Origin: an uncultured Chitinophaga sp.
GTDB taxonomy: Bacteria > Planctomycetota > Planctomycetia > Pirellulales > UBA1268
Direction: 5' to 3'
Length of the DNA: 54,470 nucleotides
NCBI GenBank assembly: GCA_964567835.1
Contig: CAZMOU010000002.1
Location: 13,804 to 68,273, forward strand
Shown: piece after piece, positions 1 to 11,565 of the stretch
Layout: each line of letters begins with the position of its first letter
How positions within the stretch are numbered: position 1 is the first letter of the stretch
Position numbers and translations under genes: made by a program
Notes under the pieces: generated by a model
The model's database searches: none
The model's input: the letters and a program-made list of their open reading frames with translations, nothing else
What the model was told of the DNA's origin: nothing

Positions 1-1168
1 AGGACGGATCGAGGGCGAGGAGGTTCCAGGCACGGAGGAGGGCCATGTTCGTGTACCCGGGCTCGACGCGGTGGCGGCGCACCGCGGGAAGCACGTCGCG
101 CGCCATGGCGTCGACGAGTTCCCTCGCGCGGGGTGACAGGCGTCGTCCCCCGGGGCGGGGGACGAGCAGCCCCTCGTCCTCGAGCCGCAGCATGGCGAGC
201 AGTTGCGCCGCGAACTCACAGGCGTTCGTGTCGGTGACGCCCCGGTCCCCCAGGCGCCAGCGGAAGTTCCCCGCCTGTTCGTCCCCGGGATCGGTCACCT
301 GCATCGACCGGGCCACCCCGAGGGCCTCCTCGACCGCGGCGGCGTTCCACCCGCGCCCCGCGGCCTCGAGCGCGAAGCGGAGCACGCCGCGGATGCCGAG
401 ATCGGCCCCGCGCCGCGCGAGGATGGCCCCCTGGGCCTCGAGCGCCCGCGCGCCGATCACGGGGCCGGTCTCGCGGCGCACGCGGATGGCGCGGAAACGC
501 GCCGGCCCGCCGTGGTTCTGGAGCGCGACGTAGCCCGAGAGGGGCTTGGAACGGAGCGCGGGATGCTCCTCCTGGTCGACGTCGTGGAGGAGACGGCCGT
601 TCATCACGACGCGGATCCGCGTGCCGATCATCGACACCTCGAGCGCGTTCCACTCCCCCGTGGGCCGCAGCGAGTTCTCGCGCGGCGCCAGATAGCGGTA
701 GAGCGCGCCGGAGGAGTGCGTCGACGGCGGACCACCCGCGTCGTCGATCAGCTGCAACTCGTACCCGCGGATCGAGGGGCGGGTGGCCCGCGAGCGGCGC
801 CGGTCGAAGACGCCGGTGCGCAGGCCGATGCCGGAATTGCACGGCTTGCCGTCGGCACGTGCATCGAGACGGAACTCGAGGCGGAGGGTGAAGTCGGCGA
901 GCGCTTCGCGCGCCCAGCGGAGGAAGCCGAAACCGAGGCCGTCGCAGGCGATCTCCCCGTCCTGCACGCTCCACACCGCCCGGCCGTCGGCGTGGACCTC
1001 GGAGTCGGCGTGCGATTCGACCACCCACCCGTCGAGCGACCGGCCGTCGAAGAGATCCTCGAAGCCCTCCTCGGCGCCCGCCGCCGTCGGCATCGTCGAC
1101 CACACGAGAACGAGTGCGGCGAGTCGCGCCCTGATCCGATCCAGGGCCGGGAGGTCTCCGCGAGTCAC
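1..1168 (-). CDS. Secreted DUF1080 (3-keto-disaccharide hydrolase / LamG-like jelly-roll) domain protein with an extra C-terminal domain; 3' end runs off the window
   Basis: Own minus-strand translation (absent from the ORF track because there is no stop inside the window): ...RIRARLAALVLVWSTMPTAAGAEEGFEDLFDGRSLDGWVVES...WSVQDGEIACDG...DFTLRLEFRL...GYELQLIDD...GEWNALEVSMIGTRIRVVMNGRLLHDVD...GYVALQNHGGPARFRAIRV. This is the DUF1080 pattern. The frame stays open to position 1. Likely GTG start at 1168 (signal-peptide-like N-terminus); the ATG at 1093 is the alternative. Confidence 0.7.
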   Translation of the reverse strand, partial: MTRGDLPALDRIRARLAALVLVWSTMPTAAGAEEGFEDLFDGRSLDGWVVESHADSEVHADGRAVWSVQDGEIACDGLGFGFLRWAREALADFTLRLEFRLDARADGKPCNSGIGLRTGVFDRRRSRATRPSIRGYELQLIDDAGGPPSTHSSGALYRYLAPRENSLRPTGEWNALEVSMIGTRIRVVMNGRLLHDVDQEEHPALRSKPLSGYVALQNHGGPARFRAIRVRRETGPVIGARALEAQGAILARRGADLGIRGVLRFALEAAGRGWNAAAVEEALGVARSMQVTDPGDEQAGNFRWRLGDRGVTDTNACEFAAQLLAMLRLEDEGLLVPRPGGRRLSPRARELVDAMARDVLPAVRRHRVEPGYTNMALLRAWNLLALDPS

Positions 1169-1173
1169 CCGGA

Positions 1174-1671
1174 TCACACGCAATCCTCGCAGCGGCCCTT
1201 GAGGAGCACGTGACTCACGGTACCGATCCGCGGCCCCGTGGCGCGTTCCGACTTCCGCGTCGCCGGGTCACGGGGCGAGAGCTGCACGTCGACGTCGGCG
1301 AGACAGGCGATCGATCCGCATTGCGTGCAGACGAAGTGGGGATGGTCCTCCCCCGGGGAACCATCGGCACCTCTCGAGCGGACCTCGAATCGCCACACGT
1401 GGTCGCCGACCTCGATCCGCGAGACGATTCCCGCCTCCGTCAGCTCGACGAGATTCCGGTACACGGTCGCCTTGTCGAACCCCGAGCCACCGACGCCTCG
1501 GGAGAGTTCGGCGGCGATCTCCGCGTGCGTGACCGGCCCGACCGCGCCCACGAGGCGGTGAAGCACCGCGATCCTCGCCGGGGTACACCGCAACCCTGCG
1601 GCACGGATCGTCTCCCGCACCTGCGCGTATGGATCGCTCGAGGTCGCTCGGCGGCGGGAGCTGCGAGTCAT
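1174..1671 (-). CDS. Fur-family metalloregulator (Fur/Zur/PerR type)
   Basis: 165-aa ORF with a winged-helix N-terminal half (TPARIAVLHRL...THAEIAAEL...ATVYRNLVELTEAGIV). It has HPHFVCTQCG plus a C-terminal GRCEDC, i.e. two CxxC pairs as in the Fur-family structural Zn site. Confidence 0.85.
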   Translation of the reverse strand: MTRSSRRRATSSDPYAQVRETIRAAGLRCTPARIAVLHRLVGAVGPVTHAEIAAELSRGVGGSGFDKATVYRNLVELTEAGIVSRIEVGDHVWRFEVRSRGADGSPGEDHPHFVCTQCGSIACLADVDVQLSPRDPATRKSERATGPRIGTVSHVLLKGRCEDCV

Positions 1672-1833
1672 CCCGGCAGCTTACCACGCATCGCGGCCCT
1701 TCCCGGCGGCGGCGGCCGATCACGGCCGCCGCCCGTCGAGAACGTGTGTTTCCCCCGGTGCTCGCCCCGGTGGCGCCGGACGGGGCGACGTCCGGGACAC
1801 CGTCAGGGTGTGGGGATGCCTGCCTGCCCCGAT

Positions 1834-1879
1834 TTGCACATGCATAGCCATATCACGAGACTTTAATTTGCACGTGCAA
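1834..1879. promoter_or_regulatory. Pair of related palindromic sites in the divergent Fur-family / DUF1559 promoter region (candidate operator)
   Basis: TTGCACATGCAT (1834-1845) and the perfect 12-bp palindrome TTGCACGTGCAA (1868-1879) are 10/12 identical with starts 34 bp apart. They lie in a local AT-richer island of the 244-bp region between divergent genes. Confidence 0.35.
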
Positions 1880-1915
1880 CTGTTGTGCATTCAGATTCCC
1901 CAGGCAGGCCTTCCC

Positions 1916-2632
1916 ATGAAAAACCCCTCCCCCATCCCCCGTGCACGCCGGGCCTTCTCGCTCGTCGAGCTGCTCGTCGTGGTGGCGATCATCGGCACCC
2001 TCGTGGGGCTGCTCCTTCCCGCCGTCCAGGCGGCCCGGGCAGCGTCGCGGCGCACCCAGTGCGCCAGTTCGATCCGGCAGGTCGGCATCGGCATCCTCCA
2101 TTACGCCGACTCCCACAACGGCCGTTGGCCCGAGACGACGCACACCGTGGAGCCGGACCCCGTCAGCGGGACCTTCACCCGCGCCTGGATCGAGGCGGTG
2201 GGGCCGTACGTCGAGCGTGTCGACGCGATCCGCATCTGTCCCGACGACCCTCTGGCCGACCAACGCCTCCGCTCGCGTCTCACCAGCTACACGCTCAACG
2301 GCTGGCTGTCGTCGGAAGCGAGGCCGTCGTTCGCCCGTCTGCGGACGATCACCGAGAAGACGAAGTCGATCCTCGCCTTCGAACTCTCCGAGAAGAAGGG
2401 CTTCGACGATCCCTACGCCGACCACGTCCATTCCTTCGACTGGTTCACGACGTCGCGCAAGAACCGACGCACGGTGTTCCAGGGGGTGTCGAACGAGATC
2501 GCGGTACGCCGGCACCTCGGTGCCGCGCACTACCTCTACGCCGACGGCCACGTGGAGGCGATCGCCGAGGACCAGATCGCCCGCTGGTGTGAGCCCCCTT
2601 GGCAGGACCCGGAGTTCTCCCGTCCCCGTTGA
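1916..2632 (+). CDS. DUF1559 family protein with prepilin-type N-terminal cleavage/methylation helix
   Basis: [39 protein letters not shown] lies near the N-terminus, and the C-terminus has HYLYADGHV. I chose the ATG at 1916 (MKNPSP...) inside the longer 1808 ORF because it puts the pilin-like helix about 12 aa from the start. Confidence 0.85.
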   Translation: MKNPSPIPRARRAFSLVELLVVVAIIGTLVGLLLPAVQAARAASRRTQCASSIRQVGIGILHYADSHNGRWPETTHTVEPDPVSGTFTRAWIEAVGPYVERVDAIRICPDDPLADQRLRSRLTSYTLNGWLSSEARPSFARLRTITEKTKSILAFELSEKKGFDDPYADHVHSFDWFTTSRKNRRTVFQGVSNEIAVRRHLGAAHYLYADGHVEAIAEDQIARWCEPPWQDPEFSRPR

Positions 2633-2691
2633 AAGCCCCGGGACTTCCCCACCCGGGGAGTCCTCTTCACCCCCCCTGCGGAGTCACCGTC

Positions 2692-3501
2692 ATGCGCTCA
2701 TCGCACGTCCCGATCCACCGTTTCCTGGCCACCCTCGTCGCCGCCGCCGGGGCCTTCGCCGCCGCGCCTTCCCGCGGCGGAAGCCTGGGACACGCCGACC
2801 TCGTTCCCTATCTGTCCTCGGGTCGGATCCTGACCGGCGCGCATTCCGATCTCGACGGCATCACCGTCGAGTCGCAGCAGGTCTTCGGCTACGACTTCGG
2901 CGAGGATCCGAACGATCCGTGGTTCATCGGCGATCCCGGCTTCAACAACGGCGCCGCCTTCACCGCGAACTTCCCCAATGCCGGCGCCCTGCCGGCGTCC
3001 AAGGTCCTCTCGATCGCCGTCGCCGCCGGGAGTTACGGGCCGCTGCATTACTGGGACGGCACCGGCCCGGTGGACTTCACGCCCGTCGGCGGGGGAGTGG
3101 AGATCAACCTCAACAAGGGCTCGAACAATCTCCGCATCGGCGCCACCACGCTCTCCGGGAGCCTCTCGGTCGGGACGACGACCTCCGCGGGGCGGATTCA
3201 CCAGCATGCCGAGACGAGCATCGGGACCGGTGGCAGCGGATCGGGCTTCGCCAGCCTCGGTGCACCCGATGGCCTCTACGCGTTCGGCCTGGTACTCATG
3301 GCGGGGGGCTTCGTCTCCGACCCGGTCTACGTGGTCTACAACGTGAACATGTCGGAGGAGATCCACGAGCAGGGCATGGCCTGGTACGAGGTGCACGCCG
3401 TCCCCGAGCCCTCCACGATGTCGCTCTCCGCGGCCGGGTTGCTCCTCCTCGCCGGCCTGCGCCGGGCCGCAGGGCCGCTCCTGCGCCGCCGCACCGTCTG
3501 A
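2692..3501 (+). CDS. Secreted PEP-CTERM sorting-domain protein
   Basis: Signal peptide MRSSHVPIHRFLATLVAAAGAFAAAPS. C-terminal VPEPSTMSLSAAGLLLLAGLRR is a PEP motif followed by a TM helix and a basic tail. The start is 59 bp after the DUF1559 gene. Confidence 0.8.
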   Translation: MRSSHVPIHRFLATLVAAAGAFAAAPSRGGSLGHADLVPYLSSGRILTGAHSDLDGITVESQQVFGYDFGEDPNDPWFIGDPGFNNGAAFTANFPNAGALPASKVLSIAVAAGSYGPLHYWDGTGPVDFTPVGGGVEINLNKGSNNLRIGATTLSGSLSVGTTTSAGRIHQHAETSIGTGGSGSGFASLGAPDGLYAFGLVLMAGGFVSDPVYVVYNVNMSEEIHEQGMAWYEVHAVPEPSTMSLSAAGLLLLAGLRRAAGPLLRRRTV

Positions 3502-3703
3502 TCACCCCCCCCTCGGCCGGGCGGGATCTCCACCGCCCGCCCGGTCGATGGCGGGGGCATTCGTCACGGACGCCCTGACAACTGGTCAAAGGACCAGTGG
3601 TCCTCTCCCCCCACGGCGTCTGAATTCCCCGCGAAACATGGCGGCGGAAAAAGTCTCTTGACGATCGATCCCCTCCCGCTACATTCACCCCCCGGTCGCG
3701 AGG

Positions 3704-3750
3704 GGGCCATATGAAGTGGTTCGGCCCGTGACCGGCACAATATATTGCGA
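3704..3750. promoter_or_regulatory. Candidate tandem NrdR boxes upstream of nrdJ
   Basis: GCACAATATATTGCGA (3735-3750) matches the published NrdR-box consensus acaCwAtATaTwgtgt at 13/16 positions. A weak second site GGGCCATATGAAGTGG (3704-3719) matches at about 9-10/16. The centres are 31 bp apart, the usual tandem spacing. TATATT inside the strong box could serve as a -10 element. Confidence 0.5.
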
Positions 3751-3945
3751 TAGCGTGCAGATGGAGCTGCTTTCTTCCGATCGCGTGGACCGGGCCGTTT
3801 CTGCCGGTTGAATCGTCTCCCGGGCCTCCCCGGTGGTGCGATGCGGTTGATTCCCCCTGGTACCGAAAGTATACGGAAGTACACTTCCGGTATCCCCCCT
3901 TTTCGACCCCCGACATCCCTTTTCCGTCCCCCGCAGGAGCTCCCC

Positions 3946-7032
<3,087 letters not shown>

Positions 7033-7058
7033 CCCCTCTCCGCCCGAGCCAGTGCACC

Positions 7059-7105
7059 GCGGCGGGGCCCCGTGCCGCACGGGACCCCGCCGCATGCTTT
7101 TCATT
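7059..7105 (+). terminator. Strong hairpin plus U-rich tail after nrdJ
   Basis: GCGGCGGGGCCCCGTGC-C-GCACGGGACCCCGCCGC (7059-7093) forms 17-nt arms with one mismatch, followed by ATGCTTTTCATT. The ATG at 7094 is also a candidate start of the next gene. Confidence 0.5.
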
Positions 7106-10100
7106 CCGACCCGCGGGTCCGCTCCCCGGCCGCTCTGGATCGTTCCGGCGGCCTGCGTGGCCCTCTGGGCCCTCGGCGGCGCTCCGGTCGCGGAGTCCCC
7201 CGCGGCCGACGACGCCGTCGAGAACTCCGAGCACGCCGGCGACCCGCTCCCGACGGAGGCGGCCCTGGCGGCCGTCGCATGCCGGCTGCCGGCGACGGTG
7301 TCGCTGTTCGCCGCCGAGCCTGCGATCCGCAATCCCGTCGCCGCGACGGTCGATGCCTCCGGCCGGCTCCTCGTCGCGGAACTGGTCACCTACGCCGAGA
7401 AGCCGCTCAAGACCGATCCACGCTTCCGTGACCGGGTGGTGATGCTCGAGGACGCCGACGGCGACGGCACCGCCGACAGGCGCGCGGTCCTGGTGGACGG
7501 CCTCGAGACGCTCGCGAGCGTCTCGGTCGGCCGCGGCGGCCTGTGGCTCCTCTGCCCGCCACGGCTCCTCTTCATCCCGGGCGGCCACCTGCCGCCGCCC
7601 GGCTGGCCCGACGCGCCCGACCTGGCCGAGGCCGCCCGACGGCGCGGCACCGCGCGCGTCGTCCTCGACGGGTTCACCGTCTCGCCATCGAGCCATCACA
7701 CGTTCGCAAGCGGCCTGGCCTGGGGCCCTGACGGCTGGCTCTACGGGCGCGCGGGGGCGAGTTCCCCCGGCGAGATCGGGGCGCCCGGCTGCGACGCCTC
7801 CGCGCGCGTGCCGCTCCGCGGTGGGATCTGGCGCTACCACCCCGAGCGGAAGGTCTTCGAGGCGCTCTGCCACGGGACGACGAACCCCTGGGGGCTCGAC
7901 TGGGACGACCGCGGCGCGGGCTTCTTCACCAACACCGTCAACGGCCACCTCTGGCGGCTCCTTCCCGGTGCCCACTTCGCGCGGTCCCACACCGTCGAGC
8001 CGAACGCGTTCGTCACCGACCCCCTCGGGCCCTGCGCCGACCACGACCACTTCGACTCGACCCGTCACTGGACCGAATCGCGGGACGGCCGGGCGATCGC
8101 CCATGGCGGTGGACACGCCCACGCCGGCTGCCTGATCGTTCCCGAGGAGCCGGGGTGGCCGGCGGCGCTCCGCGGCCGGCTCCTCACCCTCAACCTCCAC
8201 GGCCGCCGGATCAACGTCGACCGGCTCGACGCCACTCCCGGCGGGATCGTCGGCCGCCACGAGGAGGATCTGGCCACCTTCGGCGATCCCTTCTTCCGGG
8301 GCACCGATCTGGTGGAACTTCCGCGGCGCGCCTTCGCCGTCCTCGACTGGTCCGACACCGGCGAATGCCACGAGGGCACCGGCGTCCACCGCACGAGCGG
8401 ACGGATCTACCGCTTCGATCTCTCCGCGTCCGACACCCCCGCGCCGCCGGTCGCCGTCGGCACCGACCTCGCCACGCTCGGCGCCGCGGCGCTCGTCGGC
8501 CTCCTCTCGGCCGACCGCTGGCACGCCCGGATGGCGATCCGCCTCCTCGCCGACCGTCACGCCGCCGGCGAGGCGCAGGGCGAACTCGGGGGCGTCGTGC
8601 CGACGCTCGACGAGCTCCTCGACCACGGGGCGGACGTCGCCGTGCGTCTGCGCGCCCTGTGGGCCCTGTGGGCGCTCGAGGCGATCGACGAGCCGCGCCT
8701 GTGGGGCTTGCTCGACGACGCCGAGCCGGCGGTGCGCGTGCAGGCGATCCGGCTCCTTTCCGACGCCTGGCCGATCGACACGGTCCTCGGGCGGAGGCCC
8801 GCGACCGAGCCGCGCGTGCGCGGGTTCACGCTCGACGCCCTCGAACGGCTCGCGACGGCCGAGACCGACCCCGAGGTCCGGCTGGCGGTGGCCTGCGCGC
8901 TTCCGCGCCTGCCCGCGGTCCATCGGGCACGGCTCGCCCGGGCGCTCGTATCGGCGACGGAACCGGCTTGCGGCGAAGCGGCGGATGCCGGCCCCGACTT
9001 CGGCCCCACGGAGGCGGCCCCGTTGGCCCCCGGCGGCGCCCAGCGCGATCTCGGGGCGATGCTCTTCGTCGGGCTCCTCCCGGCGATCCCGCTCGATCCG
9101 GAGGGGATCGTCGCCGTCTGGAACGCGGCGTGCGTCCCCGGCGCCGGGGCGTCCCACTGGCCCGGCCCGCGCCGTTCGATCGCACGCCGTCTGACCGCCG
9201 CCGATGCCGCGCCCGCCCTGCCGCGTCTCCTCGAGGCGGCGGCCGGCGAGGGGGCCGCCGGCCTCGACGATTGCCTCGCCGGCCTCCTCGCCGGCTGGCG
9301 GGGAAGGCACCGCGTCGAGAGGCCCGCCGGCTGGGACGCCGTCCGCGCCGCGGTCGACGCCGTGCCCCGGGACGATCGGCGGGGCGGGGCGATCGCCGAC
9401 ATGGCCGCCCGGCTCGAGGCCCTCTTCGGCGATCCGCGCGGCATCTCGCGTCTCGCCGCCGCCGCCCGGGATCGGTCGCTGCCCGCGGAGCGCCGCGCCG
9501 CCGCGCTCGACGCGCTGGTCGATGTCCGTGCCGCCGACGCGACGGCCCTGGCCCGGGAGAGCCTCGGCGAGCCGGGCCTCGGGCGTACGGCGATCCGCGG
9601 CCTCCTCGCCGCCGGCGAGGAGGCCGACGCCTCCCGGCTCCTCGCGGCCTGGTCCACCCTCGACGACGCCTCGCGCGACGCGGCGCTCGACGCCCTCGCC
9701 TCGCGCGGGGCCTGGGGGGCGATGCTCCTCGACGCGGTCGAGCGGGGCGATCTCCCCCGCACCACGCTCACGCCCCTGCTCGCACGGCAGCTCGCCGCCC
9801 TGGGGGACGAGCCCCGGGCCCGCGTCGCGACCCTCGTCGGACCGGGCTCGCTCCCGGCGGAGGGACGGGGGCGCGTCGACGCCTGGAAGGCGCGCCTCCG
9901 GCCCGAGCGTCTGGCGACGGCCGACGTGGCCGCGGGGCGGGGGGTGTGGGCGAGGCAGTGCGCCGCCTGCCACCGGCTCCACGGCGAGGGGGGAGCCCTC
10001 GGCCCCGACCTCACCGGATCGGGCCGCCACGATCTCGACTACCTCCTCACGAACATCGTCACGCCGAGCGCCACGGTCTCTCCCGACTACCGGATGAAGC

Positions 10101-10318
10101 AACTGGTCCTCGGCGACGGCCGCGTCCTCGCCGGCATCGTCGTCCGCCGCACCGCCGAGGCGATCCTCCTGCGGACACCGACCGGCGAGGAGACGGTCCC
10201 CCTGTCCGACGTCGAGGAGACGATCGACGGGGGCGTGTCGCTGATGCCGGAGGGGATTCTCGAGCGGCTCGACGAGCGCGAGGCGGCCGACCTGATCCGG
10301 TTCCTGATGGAGCCGTGA
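7094..10318 (+). CDS. PVC-type heme-binding CxxCH protein (membrane-bound-dehydrogenase-like beta-propeller + HEAT repeats + cytochrome c)
   Basis: N-terminal FAAEPAIRNPVAATVDASGRLLVAE...DADGDGTAD propeller motif and central Ala/Leu-rich HEAT-like repeats. The C-terminus has CAACHRLHGEGGALGPDLTG and ...VSLMPEGILERL. Start is ambiguous (GTG 7052 or ATG 7094). Confidence 0.85.
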   Translation: MLFIPTRGSAPRPLWIVPAACVALWALGGAPVAESPAADDAVENSEHAGDPLPTEAALAAVACRLPATVSLFAAEPAIRNPVAATVDASGRLLVAELVTYAEKPLKTDPRFRDRVVMLEDADGDGTADRRAVLVDGLETLASVSVGRGGLWLLCPPRLLFIPGGHLPPPGWPDAPDLAEAARRRGTARVVLDGFTVSPSSHHTFASGLAWGPDGWLYGRAGASSPGEIGAPGCDASARVPLRGGIWRYHPERKVFEALCHGTTNPWGLDWDDRGAGFFTNTVNGHLWRLLPGAHFARSHTVEPNAFVTDPLGPCADHDHFDSTRHWTESRDGRAIAHGGGHAHAGCLIVPEEPGWPAALRGRLLTLNLHGRRINVDRLDATPGGIVGRHEEDLATFGDPFFRGTDLVELPRRAFAVLDWSDTGECHEGTGVHRTSGRIYRFDLSASDTPAPPVAVGTDLATLGAAALVGLLSADRWHARMAIRLLADRHAAGEAQGELGGVVPTLDELLDHGADVAVRLRALWALWALEAIDEPRLWGLLDDAEPAVRVQAIRLLSDAWPIDTVLGRRPATEPRVRGFTLDALERLATAETDPEVRLAVACALPRLPAVHRARLARALVSATEPACGEAADAGPDFGPTEAAPLAPGGAQRDLGAMLFVGLLPAIPLDPEGIVAVWNAACVPGAGASHWPGPRRSIARRLTAADAAPALPRLLEAAAGEGAAGLDDCLAGLLAGWRGRHRVERPAGWDAVRAAVDAVPRDDRRGGAIADMAARLEALFGDPRGISRLAAAARDRSLPAERRAAALDALVDVRAADATALARESLGEPGLGRTAIRGLLAAGEEADASRLLAAWSTLDDASRDAALDALASRGAWGAMLLDAVERGDLPRTTLTPLLARQLAALGDEPRARVATLVGPGSLPAEGRGRVDAWKARLRPERLATADVAAGRGVWARQCAACHRLHGEGGALGPDLTGSGRHDLDYLLTNIVTPSATVSPDYRMKQLVLGDGRVLAGIVVRRTAEAILLRTPTGEETVPLSDVEETIDGGVSLMPEGILERLDEREAADLIRFLMEP

Positions 10319-10327
10319 CGACGAGGC

Positions 10328-11542
10328 TCACCAGCCGAGCGTGGCCGGATCGACGACCGAATCGCCCGCGCCGAGATCGCGGAAGCGGGCGAAGCGGTGG
10401 AAGGTGAGGAAGTTGGCGTCGTGGGCGCTCCTGGCGCCGGCCCCCTCGTCGTCGTACGCCGTCCGGCTCACCGCGAGGAGGTCGTCGCCGTCGAAGATCC
10501 AGTCGACGTACTGGAAGGCGTGCCGGGCGACGTCGGGATGCGCCAGGAGGATCGTGCGCTGCTCCCAGTCGCGGAGGTTCGCCGAGCGGAGGAGGACGAG
10601 CGTGTTGCGCACCGCCGCCGGCTTCCCCTTGCCGGCGAGGGAAGGGGGCGCGGCGCTCGCGAGCGACCACCACACCGGTTTCCCCGGGGCCGGGTCGCGG
10701 CGGATGGCGAACTTCTTCGCTCCCCCCGGAAAGTCGATGAAGCCGGTCGAGGCGTCGAACGAGGCCCTCGTGCCGTCGGCGCCGACACGGACGATCGCCG
10801 CCCGCTCCCACTCGCCGGGAGCGAGCGGACCGGCCTCGACGCGGAGGATGTCGAGGACGTTCCCCTCGGCGTCCGCCACGGCGTTGCCCTCGAGCCAGCC
10901 GACGAACCGCCCCCCGAGCCAGTCCGGGTCGCGCGGGACGACGTTCGTGAAGCGCCAGCTCGCCCGGTCGAGGAGGTCGCTCTCCACCGGAGCCGAGATC
11001 ACCACCGGCCCGTAGCGCTTCCCCCATTCGGTGCCGCCGGAGGCGTCCTCGACCCCCCGCCACAACCGTCCGTCGTGCTCGAGCACGGGCATCGGCGCGG
11101 TGTGCCACTGCCCCTCGGCGAGCAGCCCGGTCGTCGGCGCGTCGGGGGTGGTCCAGGTGCGGCCGCCGTCGGCGCTGCGCCGGATGACGAGGGGGCCGTG
11201 GTGCCGCGTGGGGCCGAGGAGCCAGACGTTCCCGGCATGGACGAAGAGGTTCGACCAGAACGCGCCGTCGATCGTCGCGATCCGCCCCCAGGAGACGCCG
11301 TCGTCGGGGCTCGCGAACACGGCCGTGACGGCGCTCGTCCACTCGCTGCTCCCGGGGCCGAAATGATCGTGCGAGGCGAGGAGCGTGCCGTCGGGCAGAC
11401 GCGCGATCGACGGTGACCCGACGTACTGCCCCCCCTCCGCCGGGAGCCGATCGATCACGACGCCGGGGGGTGCGGCGGACGCCCCGAGCACCATCCCCAC
11501 CACGGCCGCCGCCGCGCAGCCCGTTCGCCACGTTCCCCGCAT
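10328..11542 (-). CDS. BNR/Asp-box repeat glycoside hydrolase (sialidase-like)
   Basis: Signal peptide MRGTWRTGCAAAAVVGMVLGASA. Asp-boxes SPDDGVSW and SADGGRTW. Only the last 404 codons of the 929-aa ORF look protein-like. Confidence 0.8.
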   Translation of the reverse strand: MRGTWRTGCAAAAVVGMVLGASAAPPGVVIDRLPAEGGQYVGSPSIARLPDGTLLASHDHFGPGSSEWTSAVTAVFASPDDGVSWGRIATIDGAFWSNLFVHAGNVWLLGPTRHHGPLVIRRSADGGRTWTTPDAPTTGLLAEGQWHTAPMPVLEHDGRLWRGVEDASGGTEWGKRYGPVVISAPVESDLLDRASWRFTNVVPRDPDWLGGRFVGWLEGNAVADAEGNVLDILRVEAGPLAPGEWERAAIVRVGADGTRASFDASTGFIDFPGGAKKFAIRRDPAPGKPVWWSLASAAPPSLAGKGKPAAVRNTLVLLRSANLRDWEQRTILLAHPDVARHAFQYVDWIFDGDDLLAVSRTAYDDEGAGARSAHDANFLTFHRFARFRDLGAGDSVVDPATLGW

Positions 11543-11565
11543 CGCATCCTCCCCCGCCGCCGGCT

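Noticed and set aside
3502-3945. Possible cobalamin riboswitch in the long nrdJ leader
   Set aside because: I found no B12-box-like core (GCCACTG-type element) by eye on either strand. The NrdR boxes explain the region better. An Rfam scan would settle it.
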